Assembly: GCA_965219095.1 (NCBI GenBank)
Contig: CBDCMT010000001.1
Coordinates: 992,001-1,056,000 of the forward strand
Source: Bdellovibrionales bacterium
Lineage (GTDB): Bacteria; Bdellovibrionota; Bdellovibrionia; Bdellovibrionales; UBA1609
DNA length: 64,000 nt
Reading direction: 5' to 3'
The translations under genes were made by a program, and so were the position numbers. The notes under the pieces are model-generated. The model made no database searches. It was not told the DNA's origin and worked only from the letters and a program-made list of their open reading frames with translations. Positions 29,199 through 39,212 of the stretch are shown one piece after another. Numbering within the stretch: position 1 is the stretch's first letter; each line of letters opens with the position of its first letter.

Positions 29199-31700
29199 AT
29201 GCCAAAAAAATCTTTTTCTCATATCTTTATTTCCAGACCTACTGAAACTCCCAACTATACTTCTCCAAGGGGAGGCGGAGGAAGTACTAATATCCCAAAA
29301 AGAAATCGCCATCAACATGGCCGTTTTTTAAAAAGAAAGTTTAAAACCCTATGGAAAGAATCAAAAAAAGAAAATGAAAAACTTAAGGCTGTTGGGTTAT
29401 CTGCTAAAAATGGCATCTATGTTGAATTTCAAAGCCAAAACGACTTTGATCTTATAACAAAAAGTTTAGAAAACATTAGTCAGGGTGTCCGTATTTTAAA
29501 CATTCGTGAGGATCACAAAAACGACAAAAAAATAACTTTAGCAACCGTTTATATTCCAAATAATAAAGCTTCATATTTTTTGAAAAAGATAGAGGATTAT
29601 TTAAGAAAAAATACTCCAAACAACTCCCCCAAAAACAAGAATCTCATAAACTCTATTGAAGATATTCGCTTAGCTGTTTTAGATTCTTTTTGGCAGGATA
29701 ATAAAAAATTAATGCCAAGAAACAATCAGGTTGTGGGGTGTGAAGTTTGGCTTAGAGTGAGTTCGATACAGCAAGAAATCTCTGATTTAAATGACTCTTT
29801 TTTTTCTCTTTGTTCTAAATTAAAGATCAAATTCCTTAATGAGCAAAAAATTTCTTTTCCAGAAAGACTTGTTGTTTTAATTCATGCTAATAAAAAACAG
29901 TTGTTAGACTTAATTAAGTCGAGTGATCACATAGCTGAATTTCGTCGAGCTAAAGAGACGGCTAAGTTTTGGCTTGACCAAGAAAATATAGAACAACTAG
30001 AGCGGGTGAGGGATTTAGAAAAGAGGTTATCTATTGATCAAAAATCTAAGATTTCCATTTGTCTTTTAGATACAGGAGTCAATAATGGTCATCAACTCAT
30101 AGCTCCTGTTCTATCAGATGAAGATTGCCATACTGTAAACCAAAAGTGGGGAATTGATGATAGTAATGGTCATGGAACTTTAATGTCTGGCTTAGCTATT
30201 TATAGTGATTTGCAAGAAGCTCTTAGAAACCAAGAAACTGTAAATATTCGACACAAATTAGAATCTGTTAAACTTATTCCGCCCCCTGGGCAATATAATC
30301 GAAGAGACCTATATGGGGATATCACAAAACAAGGCATTAGTGAGGCTGAAATTGCAAAGCCTGAAAATAAAAGAGTTATATGCATGGCTATCACAAGTAA
30401 TGATGATAGAGATAAGGGGAGGCCTTCTTCATGGTCTGGAGCTTTAGACCAGATTACTTCGGGTGCAGAAGATGATAAAAGAAGACTTTTTATTGTATCT
30501 GCAGGTAATATAAAAAATGATGTTAAAGAGTTAAAAAATTATCCAAAGAATAACATAACCAATGCTGTTCATGATCCTGCACAATCTTGGAATGCATTAA
30601 CAGTTGGGGCCTATACAAAAAGAGTTTCGATTACAGATGAAAAATTAAAAGGATACACTCCATTGGCAAAAGAAGGAGAGCTTTCTCCTTTTAGCACAAC
30701 TTCTTGCTCTTGGGAAACAAAAAAGTGGCCTCTAAAACCAGATATTGTTTTAGAGGGTGGAAATATAGCCATTCATCCTAATGAAGACATTTCTGCAGGA
30801 AATGAAGACCTCCACTTATTATCTCTAAGTCACAGGCCTCAAGAAGCTCAATTTAATATTATTAATGGAACAAGTGCAGCCGCAGCTCAAGCAGCTTGGA
30901 TAGCTTCTCAAATTCAGGTTCAGTATCCCAAAATATGGCCCGAAACTATTCGAGCCTTAATGGTTCATTCTGCTGAATGGAATGAATCTATGAAAAATCA
31001 ATTTTGGGATGAAAATAAATCAGATAAACATAACTATAGAAATATATTAAGAATTTTTGGTTATGGAGTCCCTAATTTAGAAAGAGCCATTTCATCGTAT
31101 AACAATAGTTTAACCCTGATTTCTGAACAAGAACTGCAGCCATTTACAAAAAATCAGTCTAGTTATTCAACAAAAGATATGCATTTTTATGAAATGCCTT
31201 GGCCTAAAAAAGAGTTAAGAGGATTCCCTGATAACACTTCAGTTCGATTAAGAATTACACTTTCTTATTTTATTGAACCGGGACCTGGTGAAATTGGCTG
31301 GAAAGACAGGTATCGTTATCCTTCTCATGGATTAAGATTTTCCCTTTGCAATCCTCAAGAAAATAAAAATGAATTCATACAGAGAGTTAATAAGTCTGTG
31401 AGAGATGAAGATTATGATAGCAGTTCAAGTTCATCAGACTCTCGCTGGATTTTTGGCTTTAACAATAGAGATTTGGGATCAATTCACAGTGATATTTGGG
31501 AAGGGCTTGCTCCTGAAATTGCAGAATGTAATTTCATATCTGTTTATCCAACAATTGGTTGGTGGCGAGAGCGTTCTCATCTCAAAAAGTTTGATAAAAA
31601 AGCAAGGTATTCATTAATCGTTTCTCTGTCAACACCAGAAGAAAATGTTGACATTTACACTCCTGTAAGAAATCAAATAACAACTACTGTTCCAATATAA
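29199..31700 (+). CDS. ietS: S8 (subtilisin-like) serine protease, IetS-like
   Basis: Catalytic triad LLDTG, HGT and NGTS, oxyanion SAGN. No signal peptide. Paired with an AAA ATPase. Confidence 0.82.
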   Translation: MPKKSFSHIFISRPTETPNYTSPRGGGGSTNIPKRNRHQHGRFLKRKFKTLWKESKKENEKLKAVGLSAKNGIYVEFQSQNDFDLITKSLENISQGVRILNIREDHKNDKKITLATVYIPNNKASYFLKKIEDYLRKNTPNNSPKNKNLINSIEDIRLAVLDSFWQDNKKLMPRNNQVVGCEVWLRVSSIQQEISDLNDSFFSLCSKLKIKFLNEQKISFPERLVVLIHANKKQLLDLIKSSDHIAEFRRAKETAKFWLDQENIEQLERVRDLEKRLSIDQKSKISICLLDTGVNNGHQLIAPVLSDEDCHTVNQKWGIDDSNGHGTLMSGLAIYSDLQEALRNQETVNIRHKLESVKLIPPPGQYNRRDLYGDITKQGISEAEIAKPENKRVICMAITSNDDRDKGRPSSWSGALDQITSGAEDDKRRLFIVSAGNIKNDVKELKNYPKNNITNAVHDPAQSWNALTVGAYTKRVSITDEKLKGYTPLAKEGELSPFSTTSCSWETKKWPLKPDIVLEGGNIAIHPNEDISAGNEDLHLLSLSHRPQEAQFNIINGTSAAAAQAAWIASQIQVQYPKIWPETIRALMVHSAEWNESMKNQFWDENKSDKHNYRNILRIFGYGVPNLERAISSYNNSLTLISEQELQPFTKNQSSYSTKDMHFYEMPWPKKELRGFPDNTSVRLRITLSYFIEPGPGEIGWKDRYRYPSHGLRFSLCNPQENKNEFIQRVNKSVRDEDYDSSSSSSDSRWIFGFNNRDLGSIHSDIWEGLAPEIAECNFISVYPTIGWWRERSHLKKFDKKARYSLIVSLSTPEENVDIYTPVRNQITTTVPI

Positions 31701-31795
31701 ACAATGGATTCCTTCTTTCCATAAAATCCTCTCCCTAAGAAAAACTTATAAGAGAAATTTAAGCTTGGATAAGACGGTCAGACAACTGAACTTAC
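31701..31795 (-). repeat. Solo IS66 left end including RBS and start of tnpA
   Basis: Reverse complement gtaagttcagttgtctgaccgtc...aaatttctcttataagtttttct matches 3804-3860. Confidence 0.75.
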
Positions 31796-31904
31796 TGCTC
31801 ATCAGCCCAAACCTCAAAGTATTTTCTAGGTATGATTTTCACACTAAAAGTTAGCTTAAAAGTAGTTTTTTTATTTTTTCGGAGATACGTTTTTTCTTGG
31901 TATA

Positions 31905-33041
31905 TAGTGCTTCCGCTTAGGTTTTCCGTTTTTTTTTGAGTTGAGGTCTAGTTTTTATTCTAAGGCCTTGATAAAAAGTCATTTATTTTTAAAAATAGTT
32001 TCATATGTCAGGGTTTCTATCAAAAAAAGAGCGAAAAGATTTACTCTATGAACTATCTCTAGAGAAAAATATTAAATACGTAAAAAGGATTATGACAATT
32101 CTCCATTTAGATAAAGGTGAGTTGTGTAAAGATATTTCCCGTTTTCTTTTCATTGATGAGGGCACGATAAGAGCCTGTAGAGATCGTTATAACAAAGGTG
32201 GGATAGAGTGCTTAATCAACGACAATTACAACCCTAAAAGGTCCTTTTTAACTAAAAAAGAGGAGAAAATGCTTTTAAAGGAGTTAGAAAAAAGAATTTT
32301 TCCGTCATCACAGTCTGTTATTCAGTTCATTGAGGAGAATTTTGGTGTTACGTACTCAACAAGTGGTGCGATTGATCTTCTCCATCGCCTTGGTTTTTCT
32401 TATAAAAAAGCCACAGCGATACCGGGTAAGGCAAAGAGAGAAGAGCAGAAAAAGTTTGTGCGTAAATACAAGAGAATTAAAAAGAAAGACGGTCCTGTTT
32501 ACTTTGCTGATTCCACACATCCTGAGTGGGGCCCTACGATTTCATATGGTTGGATAAGAGAGGGTAAGAAGTTTGAAGTGAAGACCAATTCAGGCTGGAG
32601 AAAAAGAGTGAATGTTTGTGGAGCTATTGAGATCAATAGTTTGAAGACGGTAGTCAGGAGTTATAAGACAGTTAACCATGTTTCCATATGTGATATGCTC
32701 CATCATATTCGCAAGAAGCATCCCGATGAAAAAGAGATTCATCTTATCTTAGATGGGGCCGGATACAATAGATCGAAGTCTGTCAAGAAGTTAGCGAAAG
32801 AGTTGAATATAAAACTTGTTTATCTTCCTCCGTACTCACCGAATTTAAATCCTATAGAAAGACTTTGGAAGTTTATGAAAAAAGAGGTCACGGCGAATCG
32901 ATATTATGAAAACTATGACGATTTCAAGGGAAGTTTAAGTCAATTTTTTAGAGGAATACGAAAACACAGATCTAAATTAGAAACTTTGATAACTGATAAC
33001 TTCTCTATCTTAGGAAACTGAAAACCTAAACGGAAGCACTA
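31905..33041 (+). mobile_element. IS630-family element
   Basis: IRs tagtgcttccgcttaggttttc / gaaaacctaaacggaagcacta, with TA duplicated on both sides. Confidence 0.92.
32005..33021 (+). CDS. IS630-family transposase
   Basis: LHRLGFSYKK, ILDGAGY and LPPYSPNLNPIERLW motifs. The first catalytic motif reads FADS. Confidence 0.93.
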   Translation: MSGFLSKKERKDLLYELSLEKNIKYVKRIMTILHLDKGELCKDISRFLFIDEGTIRACRDRYNKGGIECLINDNYNPKRSFLTKKEEKMLLKELEKRIFPSSQSVIQFIEENFGVTYSTSGAIDLLHRLGFSYKKATAIPGKAKREEQKKFVRKYKRIKKKDGPVYFADSTHPEWGPTISYGWIREGKKFEVKTNSGWRKRVNVCGAIEINSLKTVVRSYKTVNHVSICDMLHHIRKKHPDEKEIHLILDGAGYNRSKSVKKLAKELNIKLVYLPPYSPNLNPIERLWKFMKKEVTANRYYENYDDFKGSLSQFFRGIRKHRSKLETLITDNFSILGN

Positions 33042-33694
33042 TATTTATCGGTTAAAAATTTGAGCTCATATATCGAAAAATTATTAAAAGTAGTCTCTAA
33101 ATCATCCATATCATTTACATCAGATGGTGATAGCTTGTCTAAAGACTCCTTGTATTGCTTTATTAGAAATTTTTCTTGTGTGCCTGCTATTTTCTGTAAG
33201 TTAGAAATATACTCATTCATAATACTGATTAGATTATCTTCGTTTAATTCACTCTCTTGTTTTGCATGAAAATAATTATTTCTTCTTTTAATAATTTTAG
33301 TAGAAGATTTTTCTAAAGAGTTGTCCTTTTCTGCAATGGTTCGAAATAGGCGAAAAACTGTCTTTTCATTAACTATAGAAAAGCTCGAAGGATGGATCTT
33401 CTCATCGCCTCCTACATACAGATCATTTTCTTCTCTAGAAAACCCACTTAAAGCAATAGAACGCTCCCTCTTCAGGGTATGATCATTTAATATACGGCTT
33501 AATTGATGATAAACTAAGGTCATGTAGAAAAGGTGGAGATAATAGAAAGCCCCCGTATAAATTTCAGATTCTATACATTTTGAAAAGCTTTTTAAATTAT
33601 ATTTTAAATATGTATTAGTTTTGCTATCAGATCTTATAGGAGTAAATTCGCATATTTGTGTTATTAAATTTTCCAAAACTACTTTGAATTCCAA
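33026..33694 (-). CDS. Putative HEPN-like protein (RNNYFH, RxxxxH), C-terminus clipped by IS630
   Basis: Predicted helical protein overlapping the hsdMS stop. Removing IS630 restores ...KYTKKKRISEKIKKLLLS* ending at 31851. Confidence 0.6.
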   Translation of the reverse strand: MEFKVVLENLITQICEFTPIRSDSKTNTYLKYNLKSFSKCIESEIYTGAFYYLHLFYMTLVYHQLSRILNDHTLKRERSIALSGFSREENDLYVGGDEKIHPSSFSIVNEKTVFRLFRTIAEKDNSLEKSSTKIIKRRNNYFHAKQESELNEDNLISIMNEYISNLQKIAGTQEKFLIKQYKESLDKLSPSDVNDMDDLETTFNNFSIYELKFLTDKYSASV

Positions 33695-36162
33695 ACTTCT
33701 TCTATTTTTTTCTTAATTTTATTTTCGTTTATTTCGATTAGTTTTTTACAAGAACTGACACAGTCTTGCTCTTTTTCAATTTCAGCGACAATTTCTTTTT
33801 GAACTGAGAGAGGAGGGAGGGGGATTTGGATTTTTTCTAAATTACCTTTTGTTATATGGACTAAGCCCACTCCTCCATGTAAATTTTTTTCAACTTCAGA
33901 AACAACTTTTTTTAAGGATAAGTGTAAAAATTTTCTTATATACTTTGAAGAATGTTCAACCTTAAAAATATGTTGGTTCAATATCCCCATACCTTTATCC
34001 CATATATGAGAACCAAAGGAAGTTCCTTTTGAGCCAGACCATGAAAACAAAAGATCTCCTTTGTTGACTAGATACGTATCGTCAATTTTCTTAGAATAAT
34101 AATTGAAACTTGCATTAGGATTATTTAAATTCTGAATCCTTATTATAGGGATTCCAGATTCACTTTCTTTTTCCCAATCTGATGGCTTGAATGCCTTTCC
34201 ATTTATAAAATTACAAACATCCCCCAACTTCACCATAGGCCATTTGGGATCAATTTTAAAAGTCGGTTTCCAGTTTTCAACAACCTGTTTTGCACCATCA
34301 ATAATTTTTTGATAGCCGTCAATTTCAGCGACAATTTCTTTTTGGATTGAGAGAGGAGGGAGGGGGATTTGGAATGGGGATAGGTTTTGTCTAGTAATCT
34401 GAGGTTGTGCTGAACCTGAAATTATTTTAGATAAATCAGCTTCTATCAAGAGGTTAAATATAAATTTTTTATTTAACTCCTTTTCTTTTATTGGTTTTAT
34501 AACCATAGCATTACCAGTAATCCAAGATTGCTTTTCAGAAATATTGATATTTCCACAAGTTGCACCCCTACAAGTAACCAAAACCTCACTTTCTTCGTGA
34601 TTATATTTATCATATTTGCCAATAGGACCATTAGCACCAAAGACGACATATTTTCCAGACGAACTCATTTCTTTTTGCGAGATTGTTTTTGGTTGATAAA
34701 TCTCACACACATCCCCCAGCTTCACCATAGGCCATTTGGTAACAACCTTTTTCTGTGGTCTATAGAGATTCCCACTTAAATTCCAACTTCCTTCATCAAT
34801 AATCTTTTTCTTCTTACACCAAAAAGAAACCTCACTCTTTTCTTTGTTCTCCTTAGACCAAGATTTTAAAACTCGAAAAGCTTCTGGCAAATCATTTTCA
34901 TCAATCTTTCTTCGAGTAGCTCCAAGTTCAAAGCCATCATTTTGTACGTTCACAAATAAAATCTCATCGGACTTTTTAGCTCTTTTTCTATCTAAAAACA
35001 AAATAGAAGTTTTAACACCACTATAAGGCTCAAACACTTTAGCTGGAAGACTCACTACAGCCCAAAGGAAACTCCTTTCTACAAGCATTTTTCTTAAAGC
35101 CTTGTAAGCTTTGTCTGATTTAAAGATAATTCCCTCCGGCACAATAATACCTGCTCTTCCATTTAGCTTTAAGTGCTCTGCTATGTAATCTACAAATAAA
35201 ACTTCTGAGCGATTGGCTCGTACTGAAAACCTATTATGTGGCCTAATACCTCCTTTAGGCGTCATAAAGGGAGGGTTAGCTAATACGACATCAAAATCAT
35301 TTCCCCAACGATTATCACTTGTTAAGGTGTCGTATTCAAAAATTTTAGGCTCTTTAAACTTATGAAGGTACATATTAACTAATGCAAGCTTTACCATATC
35401 AGGAGATATATCATAACCTTCAAAGTTTTTCTGTAACTGTTTTCGCTCACTCAGCTTTAGCTTTTTACCTTCGTATCTGCCATTACTTTGAATTTGAATA
35501 GATAAACCGTCGTTTTCACTTCTTTCAAAACTGTGTTCAGGTTTTTTTGGATCATAATTCCTAGAGTTATTTTTAACAATATGTTTATAAGATGAAATTA
35601 AAAACCCTCCTGTCCCACAAGCTGGATCAAGCACTGATTCATTTTTCTTAGGATCTAAAACCTCCACAATAAAGTCGATAATATGTCTTGGCGTCCTAAA
35701 CTGCCCTGCATCTCCTTGGCTTCCTAAAATAGAAAGTAAATACTCAAAAGCATTGCCTAAATTTTCACTGTCATCATAGCTAAACCAGTCAATTTCTTTT
35801 AGGAATAAGCTTAAAGTTTCTGCATCTCTATAGGGGAGAAAAGCATTTTTAAAAACGTCTTTAAAAAGAGAGGGCAGTGTTTTATGTGTAGGGATTTGGT
35901 TAATAGCTTGAATGTAAAGATCAAGTCGTTCTTGGCCTGATAGCTTTTTTTCAATAATTTTAGGCCAACTGTATTTTTTAAACTCCCCTATAAAATAGGA
36001 AGCGTTTCCTCCATTCTCTCTAGACTCTTGATCTATGTCGTCCATAAATTTGTAAATTAAAGCTGTGGTAATTTGATCCACTTGAGCTTTGGGGTCGGGG
36101 ACTTTACCTACAAGGATGTTTCTCGCAGAGTCTATTCTTCTTTTTGTTTCTTGATCTAACAT
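33679..36162 (-). CDS. hsdM: Type I restriction-modification fused methyltransferase-specificity subunit (HsdM-HsdS)
   Basis: GQFRTPR, DPACGTGGFL and NPPF, followed by two TRDs bounded by duplicated KWPMVKLGDVC and QIPLPPLSxQKEIVAEI. Confidence 0.92.
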   Translation of the reverse strand: MLDQETKRRIDSARNILVGKVPDPKAQVDQITTALIYKFMDDIDQESRENGGNASYFIGEFKKYSWPKIIEKKLSGQERLDLYIQAINQIPTHKTLPSLFKDVFKNAFLPYRDAETLSLFLKEIDWFSYDDSENLGNAFEYLLSILGSQGDAGQFRTPRHIIDFIVEVLDPKKNESVLDPACGTGGFLISSYKHIVKNNSRNYDPKKPEHSFERSENDGLSIQIQSNGRYEGKKLKLSERKQLQKNFEGYDISPDMVKLALVNMYLHKFKEPKIFEYDTLTSDNRWGNDFDVVLANPPFMTPKGGIRPHNRFSVRANRSEVLFVDYIAEHLKLNGRAGIIVPEGIIFKSDKAYKALRKMLVERSFLWAVVSLPAKVFEPYSGVKTSILFLDRKRAKKSDEILFVNVQNDGFELGATRRKIDENDLPEAFRVLKSWSKENKEKSEVSFWCKKKKIIDEGSWNLSGNLYRPQKKVVTKWPMVKLGDVCEIYQPKTISQKEMSSSGKYVVFGANGPIGKYDKYNHEESEVLVTCRGATCGNINISEKQSWITGNAMVIKPIKEKELNKKFIFNLLIEADLSKIISGSAQPQITRQNLSPFQIPLPPLSIQKEIVAEIDGYQKIIDGAKQVVENWKPTFKIDPKWPMVKLGDVCNFINGKAFKPSDWEKESESGIPIIRIQNLNNPNASFNYYSKKIDDTYLVNKGDLLFSWSGSKGTSFGSHIWDKGMGILNQHIFKVEHSSKYIRKFLHLSLKKVVSEVEKNLHGGVGLVHITKGNLEKIQIPLPPLSVQKEIVAEIEKEQDCVSSCKKLIEINENKIKKKIEEVWNSK

Positions 36163-36171
36163 AATTAAAAT

Positions 36172-38697
36172 TTAATCCATATAAGTATTTAATGTCACAT
36201 AGTTTTTTACATACTCTGGGACTTTAGTCTGCCACTTAGTGTTGCCATTTAATGCCTTGAAATCCGTCATGCTAAAACCTGTGTAGTTGTGGAGATCCCC
36301 ATATTTCTTACTATCAATGATTTTCCTAAATTCACTATCTACAATATAAACACTCAAATAATTCTTAATAGGGAGAACGTGCTGATTTTCTGGCTTATAA
36401 ATAGAGACAAATTTCTCACACTCATCTTCTAAAAGTTCTTCTCTAGTTGGAAAACGATCAATAAAGCCAAAAGTTCGCTCTAAAACCTCTTTCCATGAAA
36501 GCCTTCTATCTAGATTTTCAGATATTCTTATCTTCTCTAAATTCAAATAAAGCTCTGGTTTATCCTCGTATTCATATCTTACAATATTTTCTGCCACTTG
36601 CCAATTCTCCTCTTCAACAGCCTTTTTGATTCGATTATCATTATAAAAAACCTCTTTAGCCTTACCCCATAATTCTCTATCAACTTTCATGCCAGCCTCA
36701 CCTACCTGTATTTCAGAGATAGTGCTTATTTTGTCCGGAACATGGATTTCAATCTCATCTATAGTTATGGGAGGACTTTCTTCTCCACTCCCGGCTTCTG
36801 CAGTTAATTGAGGTAGCTTTAAAGCTTCATCATAATTAAATTTTTCTTCAAAATACTCACAATTGGCAAAAAAATCAAAGAGTTTAAATTTTTCCTTTTC
36901 TATTTGGTGTTTTTTCTTGTTCTTGTCCTCATATTTAAATACAAACTTTCTCGTTCCTCGTCCTTTCATTTGCACAAAGTTAGTTGGAGAAAAAATTGGT
37001 CTCATTAAGCAGAGGTTTAAAATGTCTTGGCAGTCATAACCTGTTGTCATCATGCCTACTGTGACACAGACTCTTGTTTTACTGGTTTTATAGCCCTCTA
37101 AAAATTCTGTATAACCACTAAGTTTGTTGTTGGCAAAAAGAATAGTGTTTTGTTGAGAGTTTTCTGTATCAGAAGTGACTTGTCTAGCAAAATCTGAGTT
37201 GTATTTATCAGGCCACATCTTTTGAGCCATTTGATTTAAGATATGAGTGATTTTAGAAGCATGTTTTTGACTTACACAAAAAATGATAGATTTGCCAATT
37301 TCACCACTTATAGGATCTTTCAAGGCCTCTTCAAGGAAACTTTTACAAAAGACAATATTCGTTTTCTCGGAAAAGAACTTTTTCTCAAAATCCTTATTAA
37401 AAAAGGCTTGTTCTTCTTCACCCTCAGTATTTTCTATTTTAATGCTATATCCTTTTTCTGATAAAAGCTTTGTAGTAATTTCAGTTCTTGCATCGACAAC
37501 TATGGGGTTGATAAGATAGCCTTCGTTAACTCCGTCAACAGGACTATATTTAAAAGTAGGCTCACTGTTTTCACAGCCAAAGGTTGTATAGGTATCAAGC
37601 AAGAGTCTTCTCTCCCATTTTCTTTGGTCTTTTTCTGAAAGCTCCAGTTTATCTACATTTTTTAAATAGTCACGAGGAGTAGCGGTTAACCCCAACTTGT
37701 ATCCAATAAAGTACTCAAAGACAGAGCGACTGTTTCCGCTCATAGAGCGGTGAGCTTCATCTGAGATCAAAAGATCAAAGTCTGTTGGGGAAAAATGTTT
37801 CTTGTACTTATCCCCAGTTAAGAGGCTTTGAATTGTTGAAACAACAATTTCTGTTTTATTCCAATCGTCTTTATTTTGTTTATAGATTACACATTGGTAA
37901 TCTTTTTTTAAGTAATCTTGAAAATTTTTATAGGCTTGATCTTCAAGTTCTAGCCTATCTACTAAGAAAAGTACTCTTTTAGCATTTCCTGTTCTCAAAA
38001 AAAGTTTAATAATGGCAGCAGAAAGTAGAGTTTTACCTGTTCCTGTTGCCATTTCAAAAAGAAACCTTTGATTTCCTTTTTTTATTGACTCTTGAAGAGC
38101 TTTAACAGCATTTAACTGGTAGGGGCGTAAAATACGAACATTGCCCATTTCACAAATTTCTTTTCTGTATTGTGGATTACTCCAATTTGAATCCGCTAAA
38201 AGCTCAGGTTTCTGAGAAACAGCAATATAATCTTCCTCAACAGTTTCATTATGTAACAACTTAGGATTTGGCTGAAAATTCATTCTGTAAGTTAAAGACT
38301 CTTGGCTTGGAAGTTCTCTTATGATCTCAGGATTTCCTGTTTCTAAATCCCAAAAGTAATGAAGATTTCCATTTGATAAAATAACAAAACGAACGTTGAG
38401 ACCATGAGCATATTTTCTAGCCTGTTCTTTTCCGTCCAATGGATTTTTTTCTTCCTTTTTAGCCTCTAAAACCACAAGGGGAAAATTATTTTCATCGAGA
38501 AGTAAATAATCCACAAAACCATATTTTGTTTTTTCAAAGTCGTTTCCATGAGAAGCAATTTCACTTTGTGTGATTTTAACATTGGGTTCAAGCCTGATAT
38601 TAGCTTTACCATTGTTGTCGTCAGAAAATCGCCACCCTGCTTTTTCAAGGAGTTTGTTAATTTTTATGCGAGATTGGGCTTCTTTTTTGTTGGGCAT
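36172..38697 (-). CDS. hsdR: Type I restriction endonuclease subunit R
   Basis: N-terminal DYLL...LEAKK nuclease motif, MATGTGKT, DEAHRS, LTATP, TTGYD and QMKGRGTR. ATG at 38697, 2 nt after the TIR stop. Confidence 0.92.
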   Translation of the reverse strand: MPNKKEAQSRIKINKLLEKAGWRFSDDNNGKANIRLEPNVKITQSEIASHGNDFEKTKYGFVDYLLLDENNFPLVVLEAKKEEKNPLDGKEQARKYAHGLNVRFVILSNGNLHYFWDLETGNPEIIRELPSQESLTYRMNFQPNPKLLHNETVEEDYIAVSQKPELLADSNWSNPQYRKEICEMGNVRILRPYQLNAVKALQESIKKGNQRFLFEMATGTGKTLLSAAIIKLFLRTGNAKRVLFLVDRLELEDQAYKNFQDYLKKDYQCVIYKQNKDDWNKTEIVVSTIQSLLTGDKYKKHFSPTDFDLLISDEAHRSMSGNSRSVFEYFIGYKLGLTATPRDYLKNVDKLELSEKDQRKWERRLLLDTYTTFGCENSEPTFKYSPVDGVNEGYLINPIVVDARTEITTKLLSEKGYSIKIENTEGEEEQAFFNKDFEKKFFSEKTNIVFCKSFLEEALKDPISGEIGKSIIFCVSQKHASKITHILNQMAQKMWPDKYNSDFARQVTSDTENSQQNTILFANNKLSGYTEFLEGYKTSKTRVCVTVGMMTTGYDCQDILNLCLMRPIFSPTNFVQMKGRGTRKFVFKYEDKNKKKHQIEKEKFKLFDFFANCEYFEEKFNYDEALKLPQLTAEAGSGEESPPITIDEIEIHVPDKISTISEIQVGEAGMKVDRELWGKAKEVFYNDNRIKKAVEEENWQVAENIVRYEYEDKPELYLNLEKIRISENLDRRLSWKEVLERTFGFIDRFPTREELLEDECEKFVSIYKPENQHVLPIKNYLSVYIVDSEFRKIIDSKKYGDLHNYTGFSMTDFKALNGNTKWQTKVPEYVKNYVTLNTYMD

Positions 38698-38699
38698 TT

Positions 38700-39194
38700 T
38701 TACCTTCCAGCTTGTTGAGCCGCTTTTTCGATCCAATCCCCTAAGCTTTGATGACCACTGTCAGTTATCCAGTTATAATAAGAACAACAAGGATATTCCA
38801 GAGTTCCACCATTATTGCTCTTGAAATTCATTGGTGGCTTGCTAAAAGGGTCTTCCCCCTTAGTTGATATATTACCATTTTGATCTTTTACATTATGAAT
38901 GTAAACCCCAAGTAAACCATTTTTTCTATCAAGACTCTTTCTTATTTCATAATTAACATATTGACTCTCAGAAGTACTGGAGCCAATTAAAACACAAGTA
39001 ACAGAAGTTCCTTTCAACTGCTCATCTATCCACTTTTCAATTGCTTCTTCTGTTCCTTTTTTAACCTTCTCAATATCAGAAGAGTCTATAAAGCCTGCGT
39101 TTTCATAGCTTCCTTTAGTAAGCCAGCTATGTCTAACTTGATTTATTCGCCAAACATCATCCCAATCAAAACTAAAAAATACTTTTCTTGCCAT
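38700..39194 (-). CDS. ThsB-like TIR-domain protein (MTH538/DUF1863 family)
   Basis: RKVFFSF, IDEQLKGTSVTCVLIG and YVNYEI (putative catalytic Glu). RBS aggag. Confidence 0.88.
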   Translation of the reverse strand: MARKVFFSFDWDDVWRINQVRHSWLTKGSYENAGFIDSSDIEKVKKGTEEAIEKWIDEQLKGTSVTCVLIGSSTSESQYVNYEIRKSLDRKNGLLGVYIHNVKDQNGNISTKGEDPFSKPPMNFKSNNGGTLEYPCCSYYNWITDSGHQSLGDWIEKAAQQAGR

Positions 39195-39212
39195 TTGTCA
39201 TACTCCTTTTAT

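Noticed and set aside
38700..39194. Canonical Thoeris (thsA-thsB)
   Set aside because: No SIR2-SLOG or TM-Macro ThsA gene is visible next to the TIR gene.
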